From assembly GCA_039818345.1 (NCBI GenBank), contig JBCBUC010000009.1, positions 46,549-110,548 on the forward strand: 64,000 bases of DNA. Direction: 5' to 3'. The notes under the pieces are model-generated. The model saw nothing but the letters and a program-made list of their open reading frames with translations. It was not told where the DNA came from and searched no databases. This DNA is from Pseudomonadota bacterium (GTDB lineage: Bacteria; Pseudomonadota; Alphaproteobacteria; Caulobacterales; Parvularculaceae). The translations under genes and the position numbers were made by a program. Below, piece by piece: positions 9,379 to 19,848 of this stretch; within the stretch, counting starts at the first letter, position 1; each line of letters starts with the position of its first letter.

Positions 9379-10869
9379 CTATGACAGCTGCAGCCAAATC
9401 GTCTTGAGCTCTGTGTACTTATCAAGCGCGTGAAGCGAACGATCGCGGCCGAACCCAGACTGCTTGAAGCCGCCGAACGGCGTGGTGATGTCGCTACCGT
9501 CCCAGCAGTTGATCCAAACATTTCCTGCACGGAGCTTGCGGCCAGCATAATGGGCGGTGTTGATGTCCCGGGTCCAAATCCCAGCCGCGAGGCCATAAAT
9601 CGAGTCATTAGCGATCTTGATGGCTTCATCGAAATCGTCAAATGCGATCGCTGAGATGACTGGACCGAAAATTTCTTCCCGGGCGATCGTCATGTCATTG
9701 GTCACACCGTCGAACAGAGTCGGCGCCACGTAAAAACCACCGGAATTGGTCAACGCCTGTTCACCACCGCTCACAAGCTGGGCACCCTCGGACTTACCCT
9801 TTTCGATGTAGCCGAGGACACGACTCATTTGCGATGCGTCAACAAGGGAGCCAAACTCCGTCTCAGGATCAAGAGGATCACCTGGCTCGAGGGTCCGCGC
9901 GATGGATGACACTTTGGCCAAGAATTCGTCTTTGATCTCACGTTGCACAAGCAGCCGGGAGCTGGCCGTGCACACTTGACCCTGGTCATAGAAGACGCCC
10001 CAAGCAGCAGCCTCAGCCGCCGCATCGAGATCTGGGCAGTCGGCCATGACGATCTGAGGGCTCTTACCGCCGCACTCCAATCCCACGCGTTTCATATTGG
10101 ATTGGGCCGCATACTCCATAATCAGTTTGCCAACAGCGGTCGAACCTGTGAACGCGATGGCGTCGACATCCATATGTTTGGCGAGCGGCGCACCGGCATC
10201 AATACCATTGCCGGTCACAACGTTGAAAACACCGTCCGGTATCCCTGCCGCTGCGGCTAACTCAGCGACCCGCAGGAGGGAGAGGCTCGTTTGCTCGGCA
10301 GGCTTCACAACGATGCTGTTACCCGCGGCCAGAGCAGGCGCAAACTTCCAAGAAGCCATCAACAGAGGAAAGTTCCAAGGAATAATCGCACCGACAACAC
10401 CGACCGGTTCTCGAACAATCATCGACACGGCATTCGACGGGGACGGACCAAGCTCGTCGTTGATCTTGTTGATCGCCTCGGCATAGTAGCGGACTGTTTC
10501 AACCGTTAACGGAATATCCGCACTTAAAGTGTTCTTGATCGGCTTACCGAGGTCCAAGGTCTCCAGCAGCGCCAATTCCTCGGCGTGAGACGCCAAAAGA
10601 TCGGCAAACCGAAGAAGCACTTGCCGGCGCTCATTTGGGCTTTGGCCCTGCCAAACCCCGCTTTCAAAAGAAGCGCGCGCTGCGGCAACGGCGTTGTCGA
10701 CATCGTCAACAGATCCTGCCGCGATCTGGGTCAACGTTGAGCCATCAATGGGCGAGATGGCGTCCATCGTTTTGCCGGATTGCGCGGGGACGAAGCGACC
10801 ATTGATGAACGACTCGCTACGGAGAGACACTTTTGCAAGCGCACCTTCGATGCTGGGGGATGCTGTCAT
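9379..10869 (-). CDS. Aldehyde dehydrogenase, PuuC/PauC-like
   Basis: IIPWNFP, KPAEQT, FTGSTAVG, LECGGKSP, GQVCTA, EEIFGP, FGGFKQSG. Start taken at ATG 10869. Confidence 0.9.
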   Translation of the reverse strand: MTASPSIEGALAKVSLRSESFINGRFVPAQSGKTMDAISPIDGSTLTQIAAGSVDDVDNAVAAARASFESGVWQGQSPNERRQVLLRFADLLASHAEELALLETLDLGKPIKNTLSADIPLTVETVRYYAEAINKINDELGPSPSNAVSMIVREPVGVVGAIIPWNFPLLMASWKFAPALAAGNSIVVKPAEQTSLSLLRVAELAAAAGIPDGVFNVVTGNGIDAGAPLAKHMDVDAIAFTGSTAVGKLIMEYAAQSNMKRVGLECGGKSPQIVMADCPDLDAAAEAAAWGVFYDQGQVCTASSRLLVQREIKDEFLAKVSSIARTLEPGDPLDPETEFGSLVDASQMSRVLGYIEKGKSEGAQLVSGGEQALTNSGGFYVAPTLFDGVTNDMTIAREEIFGPVISAIAFDDFDEAIKIANDSIYGLAAGIWTRDINTAHYAGRKLRAGNVWINCWDGSDITTPFGGFKQSGFGRDRSLHALDKYTELKTIWLQLS

Positions 10870-10986
10870 GATCTCGAACTCTCTTGAATGACCGGGGTCC
10901 GCATCGCTCATGGCAGCCCCTACGATACGCAAAGAACTAGGACGATTTATCGATGAGACACTGCTTTTTCAAGAATGATCGGCAAA

Positions 10987-10996
10987 TGTGATCACA
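10987..10996. promoter_or_regulatory. Palindromic operator candidate TGTGATCACA upstream of the ALDH-GS-GATase-oxidase operon
   Basis: Seen as aaaTGTGATCACAaat. One of 7 intergenic copies of YGTGATCACR. Confidence 0.6.
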
Positions 10997-11091
10997 AATA
11001 ACAGCACGTGGATTCGCGTTTGGAAGGTCGGAAGCACCCGTTCCACAAGGCTCAATAGCGACGATTTAGCGCCGGAGAAGAGATCATCAAT

Positions 11092-11101
11092 CGTGATCAC
11101 A
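11092..11101. promoter_or_regulatory. Operator candidate CGTGATCACA between gntR and the ALDH gene
   Basis: Seen as caatCGTGATCACAag. Confidence 0.55.
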
Positions 11102-11126
11102 AGCGCCCAACCGCGATGCGGTGGAG

Positions 11127-11864
11127 CTAGCCTTCAGCGGTAAAATCCGAGGCTGCGATGTTGTCCATCCCATGCAAAATGTCTTGCCGCACCGCCTCTC
11201 GCAGCGCGTCGGGATCATGCTCTTCGATCGCTTGAACGATTTCTTTGTGGTGATCGTCGGTGAGACACGATGTGCCCAGACGGCCAATCACGACCCGCAT
11301 GAACGGCCCGACCCGCATCCAAAGGCTTTCCACCAGATCAAGCAACACCGTTGCTTCGGACGCCCGGTAGAGAGCGAAATGAAATTCGCTGTTATATTGA
11401 GAGTATTGGTTTGCATCACCTCGGCGGATTGCAGCGTCGAGCGAGGCGTCAATCTTCTCGAGCTCTCGCAGCAGCTTCTTCCGATCCCGCGGCTGTCCAT
11501 CGAGCCTGATCAAGGCGCGCTCGGCAAGCGTTGGCTCAAGCCAAAGCCGCGCCGCCTTGATCTCGTCGAGTTTGTCTTCGGTCATGCGCGCGATCGAGAC
11601 GCGCCTTGTTCCTGTGAATTCCAGAGCTCCCCGAGCGGCGAGGCGGCGTATGGCCTCCCTCGCCGGCATCGCGCTGACATCAAACTCAGCCGCGATGCCC
11701 CGCACCGACAACACGCGGCCGGGGCTGAGCCGTCCTGAAATCAGGGCTTCGCGCAGCCGCTCATACACCTGCTCATGCATCGCGACGTTGCCGTCCGACG
11801 CAGGTTCGTTGTCTCCACCCTCCTTAGAGGGCTTGCGATCGTAGATTTTCTCCAGAGCAGCCAT
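11127..11864 (-). CDS. GntR family (FadR/FCD) transcriptional regulator
   Basis: wHTH (VYERLREALISGRLSPG...VSAMPAREA) plus FCD domain (NSEFHFALY, HHKEIVQAI). Confidence 0.92.
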   Translation of the reverse strand: MAALEKIYDRKPSKEGGDNEPASDGNVAMHEQVYERLREALISGRLSPGRVLSVRGIAAEFDVSAMPAREAIRRLAARGALEFTGTRRVSIARMTEDKLDEIKAARLWLEPTLAERALIRLDGQPRDRKKLLRELEKIDASLDAAIRRGDANQYSQYNSEFHFALYRASEATVLLDLVESLWMRVGPFMRVVIGRLGTSCLTDDHHKEIVQAIEEHDPDALREAVRQDILHGMDNIAASDFTAEG

Positions 11865-12005
11865 TATTTTTTCCAAGGATGTGATTGGCTTAGCTGTAAT
11901 GCCCGTGCTTACACTGTGGGTATCTGGGGTGCCATCACAAATTCGACAACGGTGACCAAGTCATGCATGCTCCTCTTTGCAAAGCGGGCCATAAGCAAGT
12001 AGGGT

Positions 12006-12046
12006 TGTGATCACGTTTTTGACATTGCTTCATCCCAAGCAATATC
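12006..12046 (+). promoter_or_regulatory. Operator TGTGATCACG (12006-12015) next to a sigma70-type promoter: TTGACA (12019-12024), -10-like GCAATATC (12039-12046)
   Basis: Read directly from sequence upstream of the GS-spuC operon. Promoter assignment is by consensus match only. Confidence 0.55.
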
Positions 12047-12124
12047 GAGCCGTTAATCTAAGGTGTTCGGCACGCCGGTTCCTAATTGGTCCCGCCGAAT
12101 GCAAACCGGGCGCAAGTCATTAAG

Positions 12125-13474
12125 ATGAACACGGAAGAACTCAATAGCTGGCTGACGGCCAACCGGATCGGAGAGGTGTCCTGCCTTGTGCCCGACCTTA
12201 ACGGTTCGGCGCGCGGGAAATCGATGACGCCGACGCTGTTCTTGGACGCGCACAAGAACCAAAGCCTCCGCATTCCCGAAGCAACGTATGCGATCAATGC
12301 GCATGGTGAGTTCACCACCAACGATTTTATTGACGAGTCGGAAAAGGACCTCTCCATGATCGGGGACCTTTCGACGCTTCATTTGATACCCTGGGCGAAA
12401 GAAAACACCGCCTGCGTGATCTGCGACGGGTGTTCTGTGGATGGAAGTCCATCACCGATTGCACCGCGGCAAGTCCTTAAAAGCATTGTGTCTCGTTATC
12501 ACGAGTTGGGCCTCGAGCCGATCATCGGCCCAGAGGTGGAGTTCTATTTGATCGCCAAGTTCGAGGAAACGATCGCCGAACCTCATCCGCCTAAAGGCGC
12601 CTCTGGATTGGCCGAATTTGGTCAATATGCATACAGTCTTGATGCGATCGATGAATTCGATGACTTTTTCGAAGAACTCTACGATTTCGCCGAAGTTCAA
12701 AATATTGAAATCGATACCATTATTCACGAAGAGGGCCCGTGCCAGTTTGAGATAAATCTCAAACACAGCACGGCCCTCAAAGTCGCCGACCAATTATTTC
12801 TGTTCAAACGATTGGCCCGGCATGCCGCAAAGCGCCATGGATTTTTCGTCACGTTCATGGCCAAACCGTACGCTGAAGAAATGGGTAGCTCTATCCACCT
12901 TCACCAAAGCCTGGTCGACCTTAAAACTGGTAAGAATGTCTTCGCCAATGAAGACGGCAGCGATAGTGAGCTCTTCTCCCACTACATTGGTGGCCTGCAG
13001 CGGTTTACGCCATCGGTGATGCCGCTCATTGCTCCGTACACGAATTCTTATAACCGGTTCGAGGCGTATATGAGTGCGCCAACCAATGTTCATTGGAGCC
13101 GAGACAACAGGACCGTCGGCCTTCGCGTACCTGAAAGCTCGGCTTCCGCTCGCCGTATCGAGAACCGGATCCCTGGCTCAGACGTTAATCCCTACCTCGC
13201 CATCGCCGCTTCGCTTGTCTGCGGATTAATCGGCATCGACGAGAAGATCGAACGAAAGAGCGAATTTATTGGCCAGAGCGCTGAGGATAACCGGCGGACA
13301 CTTCCTAAAACCCTCACAGAGGCAGTCAGCAAATTTCGCGGCTGCGAGGAATTGAGGAAATATCTTGGCGACGCGTTGGTATCGACCTTCGCTGACGTCA
13401 AACAAGACGAATACGAACATAGATCGAGCGTCCTTAGCCCATGGGATGTTCGATATCTGATGGTTAACGCTTAA
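12125..13474 (+). CDS. Glutamine synthetase-like gamma-glutamyl-amine ligase, copy 2
   Basis: DLNGSARGK, GPEVEFY, HEEGPCQFEIN, FMAKPY, GSSIHLH, WSRDNRT, ENRIPGSDVNPY. Confidence 0.9.
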   Translation: MNTEELNSWLTANRIGEVSCLVPDLNGSARGKSMTPTLFLDAHKNQSLRIPEATYAINAHGEFTTNDFIDESEKDLSMIGDLSTLHLIPWAKENTACVICDGCSVDGSPSPIAPRQVLKSIVSRYHELGLEPIIGPEVEFYLIAKFEETIAEPHPPKGASGLAEFGQYAYSLDAIDEFDDFFEELYDFAEVQNIEIDTIIHEEGPCQFEINLKHSTALKVADQLFLFKRLARHAAKRHGFFVTFMAKPYAEEMGSSIHLHQSLVDLKTGKNVFANEDGSDSELFSHYIGGLQRFTPSVMPLIAPYTNSYNRFEAYMSAPTNVHWSRDNRTVGLRVPESSASARRIENRIPGSDVNPYLAIAASLVCGLIGIDEKIERKSEFIGQSAEDNRRTLPKTLTEAVSKFRGCEELRKYLGDALVSTFADVKQDEYEHRSSVLSPWDVRYLMVNA

Positions 13475-13489
13475 GTGTAAGGAACGAAC

Positions 13490-14905
13490 ATGTCGGAGCA
13501 ACTGTCGCCCGGTGGCCCAAGTGTCGCTGACCTTGGAGCCAACAACACGCGCTATATCCAAGATCTTGATAACGCGCACCACCTTCATCCGTTTACGGTT
13601 CACCATGAATTGCGCGACAGCAATCCGCGTGTCATCTCGCACGGTAAGGGCGTTTACCTGTGGGACTCAGACGGCAACAAGATTGTCGATGGCATGGCTG
13701 GTCTCTGGTGTGTTCAAGTCGGATACGGGGTGGAAGAGCTTGCAGAAACAGCCGCCGATGCCATCCGTTCTTTAAGCTATTACAACACCTTCTTCCAAAC
13801 CACGACGCCGCATGCGGCGGAACTGAGCGCACTTGTTGCGAAGAAGACACCAGCTGACCTCAACCAAATTTTCTTTGCCTCATCTGGTTCGGAAGCCAAC
13901 GATTCGGCGATCAAGTTCATCTGGTATTATTGGAACATCAAAGGGCAACCGAAGAAGAAGCATATTATTGCCCGCGACCGCGCCTATCACGGAACAACGG
14001 TGGCGGCCGCTAGCCTCACCGGCCTGCCGTTTATGCATGATATCTTTGATCTGCCACTTCCGCAGATGCATCACGTTGGTCCGACACCGCACTATTTTGC
14101 TTATGGCGAAGCTGGAGAGAGCGAAGACGAGTTCGCCCAACGATGCGCACAGGCCGTCGAAGACAAAATTCTCGAGCTGGGGCCAGAAAACGTGGCCGCC
14201 TTTATCGGCGAGCCAGTGATGGGCGCTGGCGGCTTGATGCTTCCTCCAAAGGGCTATTGGCCGATGGTCGAGGCGATCTGTCGGAAGTATGATGTTCTTC
14301 TTTGGGCTGATGAAGTGATCTGCGGCTTTGGACGGACGGGATCATGGTTCGGCAGCCAGACCTATGGCTTTACACCCGACCTCATCACGATGGCAAAGGG
14401 CATGTCGAGCGGGTATGTGCCAATGTCGGCGGTTGCACTTAACGACGAGATTGCCAACACCTTGGTGGACGCCGATACCGAGATGGCGCACGGCTTCACC
14501 TACTCCGGACACCCCGTTTCAAGTGCTGTATCGATGAGGAACATCGAACTCATCGAGGAATGGGGACTGGTGACCAAAACGGGCGGTGAGACGGGCGATC
14601 ATTTCCAGAAACGCCTATCAGAACTCAATGATCACCCTCTGATTGGTCAAACCCGCGGCATTGGCATGCTGGGTGCGATGGAACTCGTCCGAGATAAAAC
14701 GACAAATGAGCGGTTTGATGACGACGCATCCGCAGGGACCGTTTGCCGGAACAATTGCTTCAAAACTGGCGTGGTGATGCGGGCTGTGGGTGACACCATG
14801 TTCCTCTCGCCGCCGCTGGTGATGAGCCGTGATGAGATTGACGAGATGTTCGGTTTGATCCGGACCAGTCTTGATTTAACGCTGGATGAGCTAAGGACCT
14901 CTTAA
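13490..14905 (+). CDS. spuC: Class III aminotransferase, putrescine:pyruvate aminotransferase (SpuC)-like
   Basis: HHLHPFT, DGMAGLWC, SSGSEAND, AYHGTT, EPVMGAGG, DEVICGFGRTG, MAKG (PLP Lys), HGFTYSGHP. Confidence 0.85.
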   Translation: MSEQLSPGGPSVADLGANNTRYIQDLDNAHHLHPFTVHHELRDSNPRVISHGKGVYLWDSDGNKIVDGMAGLWCVQVGYGVEELAETAADAIRSLSYYNTFFQTTTPHAAELSALVAKKTPADLNQIFFASSGSEANDSAIKFIWYYWNIKGQPKKKHIIARDRAYHGTTVAAASLTGLPFMHDIFDLPLPQMHHVGPTPHYFAYGEAGESEDEFAQRCAQAVEDKILELGPENVAAFIGEPVMGAGGLMLPPKGYWPMVEAICRKYDVLLWADEVICGFGRTGSWFGSQTYGFTPDLITMAKGMSSGYVPMSAVALNDEIANTLVDADTEMAHGFTYSGHPVSSAVSMRNIELIEEWGLVTKTGGETGDHFQKRLSELNDHPLIGQTRGIGMLGAMELVRDKTTNERFDDDASAGTVCRNNCFKTGVVMRAVGDTMFLSPPLVMSRDEIDEMFGLIRTSLDLTLDELRTS

Positions 14906-14974
14906 GCGCGTTTCGCCTTTCAGGTGCGTCGTACTGGACACTTTTATTTATCTATTCGTGTAGGGTTCTTTTCT

Positions 14975-15427
14975 ATGGGGCAAATCGTTCGAGGTCAGCT
15001 TGCGCATCTCGATGAGATCGCCCCTCTTTTTGACGCTTACCGGCAATTTTATGAACAGCCTGCTGATCTAGAGGGAGCGAAAGCCTATCTAAAACAACGG
15101 CTAGCGGATGATGATGCGATTGTCTTTTTAGCCAAGGGGAGCAACGGTAACGTCATCGGCTTCACCCTCCTCTACCCCACGTTTTGTTCGGTCGAAATGC
15201 GCCACGTCTTTGTTCTCTATGACCTCTTCGTCGCCCCGACGGCACGACGACGAGGCGTCGGGGAAAAGCTGCTGAGCACCGCTCAAGAGCACGCAAGAGA
15301 CGCAGGCGCTGCGTGGTTAAAGCTTGAAACCGCGTATACAAATAATAGTGCTCAATCGCTCTACGAAAAACTAGGTTGGGAGCGCGACAACGAGTTTCAC
15401 ACCTATATCTTCTCACTGACCGACTGA
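14975..15427 (+). CDS. GNAT N-acetyltransferase (SSAT-like)
   Basis: LYDLFVAPTARRRGVG acetyl-CoA motif A, N..AQSLYEKLGW. Confidence 0.88.
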   Translation: MGQIVRGQLAHLDEIAPLFDAYRQFYEQPADLEGAKAYLKQRLADDDAIVFLAKGSNGNVIGFTLLYPTFCSVEMRHVFVLYDLFVAPTARRRGVGEKLLSTAQEHARDAGAAWLKLETAYTNNSAQSLYEKLGWERDNEFHTYIFSLTD

Positions 15428-15453
15428 CACGACATCTTTGTAGGAATGGTTTT

Positions 15454-17082
15454 ATGAACGTGGGTTCAAGTAAAGAGTATGATGTTGTGGTGATCGGTGC
15501 AGGCCATAACGGCCTGACCAACGCTGCATTTCTCGCAAAATCAGGACTCGACGTTCTGGTCGTAGAAAAGAATGACCATATCGGCGGCGCGACTGTCAGC
15601 CGAGAACTCTATAGCGGCTGGAAATACTCCAACTGCTCGTACGTGTGCAGCCTTTTTCGCCCCGAGATCTATCAAGCACTCGATCTTGGCCACCATGGCT
15701 TAGAAGTTGTTCCTCTCCAGGGCGGGATTACCTTTAAGCAGGATGGTGACTTTTACGGAAACTATCATCACCACGAGGTGCGCCGCCGCGAGATCGCTCG
15801 TCATTCTCAACGCGATGCCGATGCCGTTATCCGTTTTGATGCAGATCTTATGAAATGGTGTCGCCTGATCCGCGGCTTGTTGATGCGAACGCCGCCTGAT
15901 CCCGGGACGTTCAAACCACGCGATTTCATGGAACTCGCCTTCCTTCTCAAAAAATTCTATGAACTCTCAGAGTCTCAGCTATATGAATTCATACGATTTT
16001 TTACAATGTCGATTGCGGAATACCTAGAAGAGTATTTCGAAAGTGACGTGGTGCTGGCTCATTACTCTGGGGGCAGTATTATTGGAACGGGCCTCGGTGT
16101 TTATTCACCGGGTACGGCCTATGTTCTGCTACACCATGCCATGGGTGACGTCGACGGTAGCGTCGGTTCATGGGGGTTTGCCAAAGGTGGAATGGGATCA
16201 GTGTCCGGAGCTATCGCTTCCGCCTATCAATCCTTTGGTGGTGAGATCCGGACAAGCGCAGAAGTCACATCGATCGATGTGCAATCGGGCGAAGCGCAAG
16301 GTGTTGTGCTTCAATCGGGTGAGGTTATCCGTGCCCGGCAAGTGGTTTCGAACCTCGATGTCAAGCGCACCTATCTTGGCATTATGGATGAAAAGCATCT
16401 GCCTGATGAGGTGATTAAGCGCGCGAAAAACTATAAAATTCGCGGCTCATCGGGGAAACTGAACATCGCGCTCGACGGGATGCCAGAGTTCCCCGCCCTG
16501 CCGAAAGGCTCGCCGCTCACTCTTGGGCATATGCACTTCAGCGATACGCTCGAGCGTCTCGAGCGGGCCTATGATGACTGGAAAGACCAGCGTTGGTCTT
16601 CTGATCCTTACACGGATACTTTGATACCGACGCAATTTGATCCATCAATGGCACCGCCGGGCAAGCATATGATGACAGTCTTTGTGCAGTACTGCCCCGC
16701 CGATATTGAAGGTGGCTGGACCGACGAAAAACGTGATACTTTCGGCCAAACAGTGATTGATCAAATATCCGAATATAGCCCGAACTTTAAAGACCTTATT
16801 CTTCATGCGGAAATTAGAACGCCGCGAGAACTCGAAGCAGAAGTTGGCTTGACAGAGGGCAATATCTTTCAGGGTGAATTAACCTTGGACCAACTCCTCT
16901 TCAATCGCCCCTTCCCCGGCTACGCGCAATATCGTGGGCCGGTACGGAATATGTATATGTGCGGATCAACCACACACCCAGGCGGCGGCGTGATGGGCGC
17001 CCCGGGTGTCAACGCGGCGCGCGAAATTCTCAAGGACCTCAAACGCACCGATACCACCCCGGAGGATTTTGGCGATGACTAA
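15454..17082 (+). CDS. COG1233 (CrtI/PYROXD2-like) FAD oxidoreductase, 'alpha' type, cassette 1
   Basis: IGAGHNG, CSYVCS, EGNIFQGE, CGSTTHPGGGVMGAPG. Confidence 0.88.
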   Translation: MNVGSSKEYDVVVIGAGHNGLTNAAFLAKSGLDVLVVEKNDHIGGATVSRELYSGWKYSNCSYVCSLFRPEIYQALDLGHHGLEVVPLQGGITFKQDGDFYGNYHHHEVRRREIARHSQRDADAVIRFDADLMKWCRLIRGLLMRTPPDPGTFKPRDFMELAFLLKKFYELSESQLYEFIRFFTMSIAEYLEEYFESDVVLAHYSGGSIIGTGLGVYSPGTAYVLLHHAMGDVDGSVGSWGFAKGGMGSVSGAIASAYQSFGGEIRTSAEVTSIDVQSGEAQGVVLQSGEVIRARQVVSNLDVKRTYLGIMDEKHLPDEVIKRAKNYKIRGSSGKLNIALDGMPEFPALPKGSPLTLGHMHFSDTLERLERAYDDWKDQRWSSDPYTDTLIPTQFDPSMAPPGKHMMTVFVQYCPADIEGGWTDEKRDTFGQTVIDQISEYSPNFKDLILHAEIRTPRELEAEVGLTEGNIFQGELTLDQLLFNRPFPGYAQYRGPVRNMYMCGSTTHPGGGVMGAPGVNAAREILKDLKRTDTTPEDFGDD

Positions 17083-18628
17083 TCCGTCCTCTGTCTGTAT
17101 CATTGGCGGCGGCCATAACGGATTGATCTGCGCGATCATGCTTGCGAAAGCCGGTTTGCGCGTCACTGTTCTGGAAGCTAGAGCAAGCCTCGGCGGCGCC
17201 ATCGCGCCCCGCGCTTTCGCTCCAGGTTTCCAGGCGCCCGGGCTGGCCCATCACTTTGGTTCTCTCCACCCTAAGATCTTGAAAGACTTGGGCCTACCGC
17301 CAACGGGCGGGACGCCAGTCGACACCATCGCGCTCGATAACACTGGCGATCACCTGACACTTGGCGCAACGCAAGCGTCCGGTAATGGTCTAACGAGTCA
17401 AGACAAAGAGGCGTATACAGCCTTTAAAACTGACTACGCCAAGTTCGCCCAAGCCTTAGAGCCGCTGCTCCTCAACAAACCGCCTCGGCTTAAAGATATG
17501 GGCAGGGACGATCAATGGACGCTCGCGAAACTCGGGTGGTCGCTGCGATTTGGGCTGGGTGTGCCGTCCATGCGCGAGTTCCTTCGCGTCGGCGGTGCCA
17601 ATATATATGACGTACTCAATGAAATATTCGAGAGTGAACAACTCAAAGGCGCGATTGCCGTTGATGCGGTGATGGGGCACCACCTCGCTCCACGCACGCC
17701 GACGAGCGTTCTTCCGTTCTTGCTGCGGCTCTTCGGTGAGAGTCATAGCGAAAGAAGTATCATGACGGGCGAAGGTAGCAACCTTTCAGCGCAACTCGAA
17801 AAACTAGCATTATCGTCAGGCATCGAACTGAGAACAGAAACGAAGGTGGAAACAATCGTCGTCACCGATGGGCGCGCAGCCGGTGTCGTCATTGAGGGAG
17901 GAGAGAGGGTTGATGCCGATCTTGTGGTCTCGAACATCGATGCAAAGTCGACCTTCCTGAGACTGACGGGTCCTGCCAATTTGGACGCAATGTTCACCCA
18001 CCGCATCAGCAAAACACGGACAAATGGCAATGTTGCGAAGCTTCACCTTGGTCTGTCGACGTTACCGACATTCCAGGGTCTTTCTTCCGACCAGTTAAGA
18101 CATAGAATGCTGATCGCTCCTGACATGCGGTTCATCGAGCGCGCCTTCAACCACGCAAAATATGGTGAGTATTCCGAAGATCCCGTTTTGGAGATCACTT
18201 TACCCAGCCTTGGTGATCCGTCCCTTGCACCTCAGGGGAAACACGTGATGTCGATATCGGCGAGCTTTGCCCCCTACCACCTGAAAGAAGGCTGGGAACA
18301 AGGCCGGACAATATTCCGTAAAATCATCATATCAGCCATTGAAAAGTTCGCGCCAGGACTGGAAGCATCAGTAGAAGCAGAGGACTTTCTAAGTCCCGCT
18401 GATATTGAACAAGACTATGGAATTTCCGGCGGGCACTGGCATCACGGTGAAATGACCATCGATCAAGCGTTCATGATGCGCCCCATCCACGGAACCGCGC
18501 AATACAACACGCCGATCGATAATCTCTACTTATGCGGAGCTTCTGCTCACCCAGGAGGCGGCGTCACCGGAATACCAGGATGGAACGCGGCAAAGAGAAT
18601 CCTCTCTCTTCACCAGGAGCGTGGCTGA
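17075..18628 (+). CDS. COG1233 FAD oxidoreductase, 'beta' type, cassette 1
   Basis: IGGGHNG, GGHWHHGE, CGASAHPGGGVTG. Overlaps the alpha gene by 8 bp. Confidence 0.88.
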   Translation: MTNPSSVCIIGGGHNGLICAIMLAKAGLRVTVLEARASLGGAIAPRAFAPGFQAPGLAHHFGSLHPKILKDLGLPPTGGTPVDTIALDNTGDHLTLGATQASGNGLTSQDKEAYTAFKTDYAKFAQALEPLLLNKPPRLKDMGRDDQWTLAKLGWSLRFGLGVPSMREFLRVGGANIYDVLNEIFESEQLKGAIAVDAVMGHHLAPRTPTSVLPFLLRLFGESHSERSIMTGEGSNLSAQLEKLALSSGIELRTETKVETIVVTDGRAAGVVIEGGERVDADLVVSNIDAKSTFLRLTGPANLDAMFTHRISKTRTNGNVAKLHLGLSTLPTFQGLSSDQLRHRMLIAPDMRFIERAFNHAKYGEYSEDPVLEITLPSLGDPSLAPQGKHVMSISASFAPYHLKEGWEQGRTIFRKIIISAIEKFAPGLEASVEAEDFLSPADIEQDYGISGGHWHHGEMTIDQAFMMRPIHGTAQYNTPIDNLYLCGASAHPGGGVTGIPGWNAAKRILSLHQERG

Positions 18629-19824
18629 TGACCCTTCATAACTTCAACAAAGTGCTTGAGCCATCGCCCTTTGACGCCCAACTGCGTGCGCAAATGCAGA
18701 CAGAGAACTGGGCCGGTTGGAATGGATACCTCACACCGCGCATCGCTGATACACTGGCCTCGGAGTATTTCGCCGTTCGAAGCGCATGCTCCGTGCTCGA
18801 TCTCACGCCGATGGAGAAATACCGGATTACAGGACCGGATGCCGGCGCGTTTCTCAACCGATTGGTCACGCGCGATATCGCCAAATTAAAGGTGGGGCGT
18901 GTTGGCTATGCCATCTGGTGCAATGACGAAGGGAAAGTCATTGACGACGGAACAATTTTCCATCTTGGCGACAATGATTATCGTCTGTGTGCACAACACC
19001 ACCAACTAGACTGGCTTTTGATATCAAGCATCGGATTTGATGTCGCAATCGCCAAAGAAACCCACGATATCGCAGCCCTATCTGTCCAGGGCCCCACCTC
19101 TTATTCTGTCCTATCGCAAGCGGGGATCGCAGGATTGGATGATCTCAAACCGTTTGGGATTCGCCACACAACATTGAATGGGTTTGATATCACCGTCTCA
19201 CGAACAGGGTTCACGGGTGATCTTGGATACGAATTGTGGACTGATCCTGAGAATGCGACCAAAATGTGGGACGCGATCTTCGCGGTCAAGGATCGCGGTC
19301 TTTATGACGTACGACTCATCGGTCTCGATGCGCTAGAAATGGTCCGTGTTGAGGCTGGATTTTTGATGCCCGGCTGGGATTTCAATACCGCAGAAACAAC
19401 TGTCCGTGCGGATCATGATCGATCGCCGTTTGAGTTGGGCCTTGACTGGACTGTCACCTTTGACAAACCAAATTTCACCGGCAAACGGGCATTGATGGCC
19501 GAGCGTCAGCGCCCTGCGAAGCGAAAGCTGTTGAAACTGGTGCTCGAAGGAAACAAGCCGCCCGTTGGTTCCTTTATCTTTAAGGGTAAAAAGGGCAGCC
19601 AAACTGGCGCGGTTATGGCGCAGATTTGGTCGCCTGTCCTGAAACGTTGCTTGGCAATTGCGGATATTGATTTTAAATCAGGACAACAACCGCAAAACCT
19701 CTGGGCCGAGATTTACTACCAGAAAGAACTGAAGTGGCATGTGAAATGGGCCAAATGCGATGTCGTCAACGGCCCTTTTTGGAGCAATCCCCGCCGAACG
19801 GCCACGCCGCCAGGTCGTTTCTAA
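18628..19824 (+). CDS. GcvT-like (folate-binding) aminomethyltransferase family protein, cassette 1
   Basis: EYFAVR..DLTPM, GKVIDDGT, SRTGFTGDLGYEL, RVEAG. TGATG coupling to the beta gene. Confidence 0.88.
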   Translation: MTLHNFNKVLEPSPFDAQLRAQMQTENWAGWNGYLTPRIADTLASEYFAVRSACSVLDLTPMEKYRITGPDAGAFLNRLVTRDIAKLKVGRVGYAIWCNDEGKVIDDGTIFHLGDNDYRLCAQHHQLDWLLISSIGFDVAIAKETHDIAALSVQGPTSYSVLSQAGIAGLDDLKPFGIRHTTLNGFDITVSRTGFTGDLGYELWTDPENATKMWDAIFAVKDRGLYDVRLIGLDALEMVRVEAGFLMPGWDFNTAETTVRADHDRSPFELGLDWTVTFDKPNFTGKRALMAERQRPAKRKLLKLVLEGNKPPVGSFIFKGKKGSQTGAVMAQIWSPVLKRCLAIADIDFKSGQQPQNLWAEIYYQKELKWHVKWAKCDVVNGPFWSNPRRTATPPGRF

Positions 19825-19848
19825 ACGATTGATCAGGGTGAAGACTGA

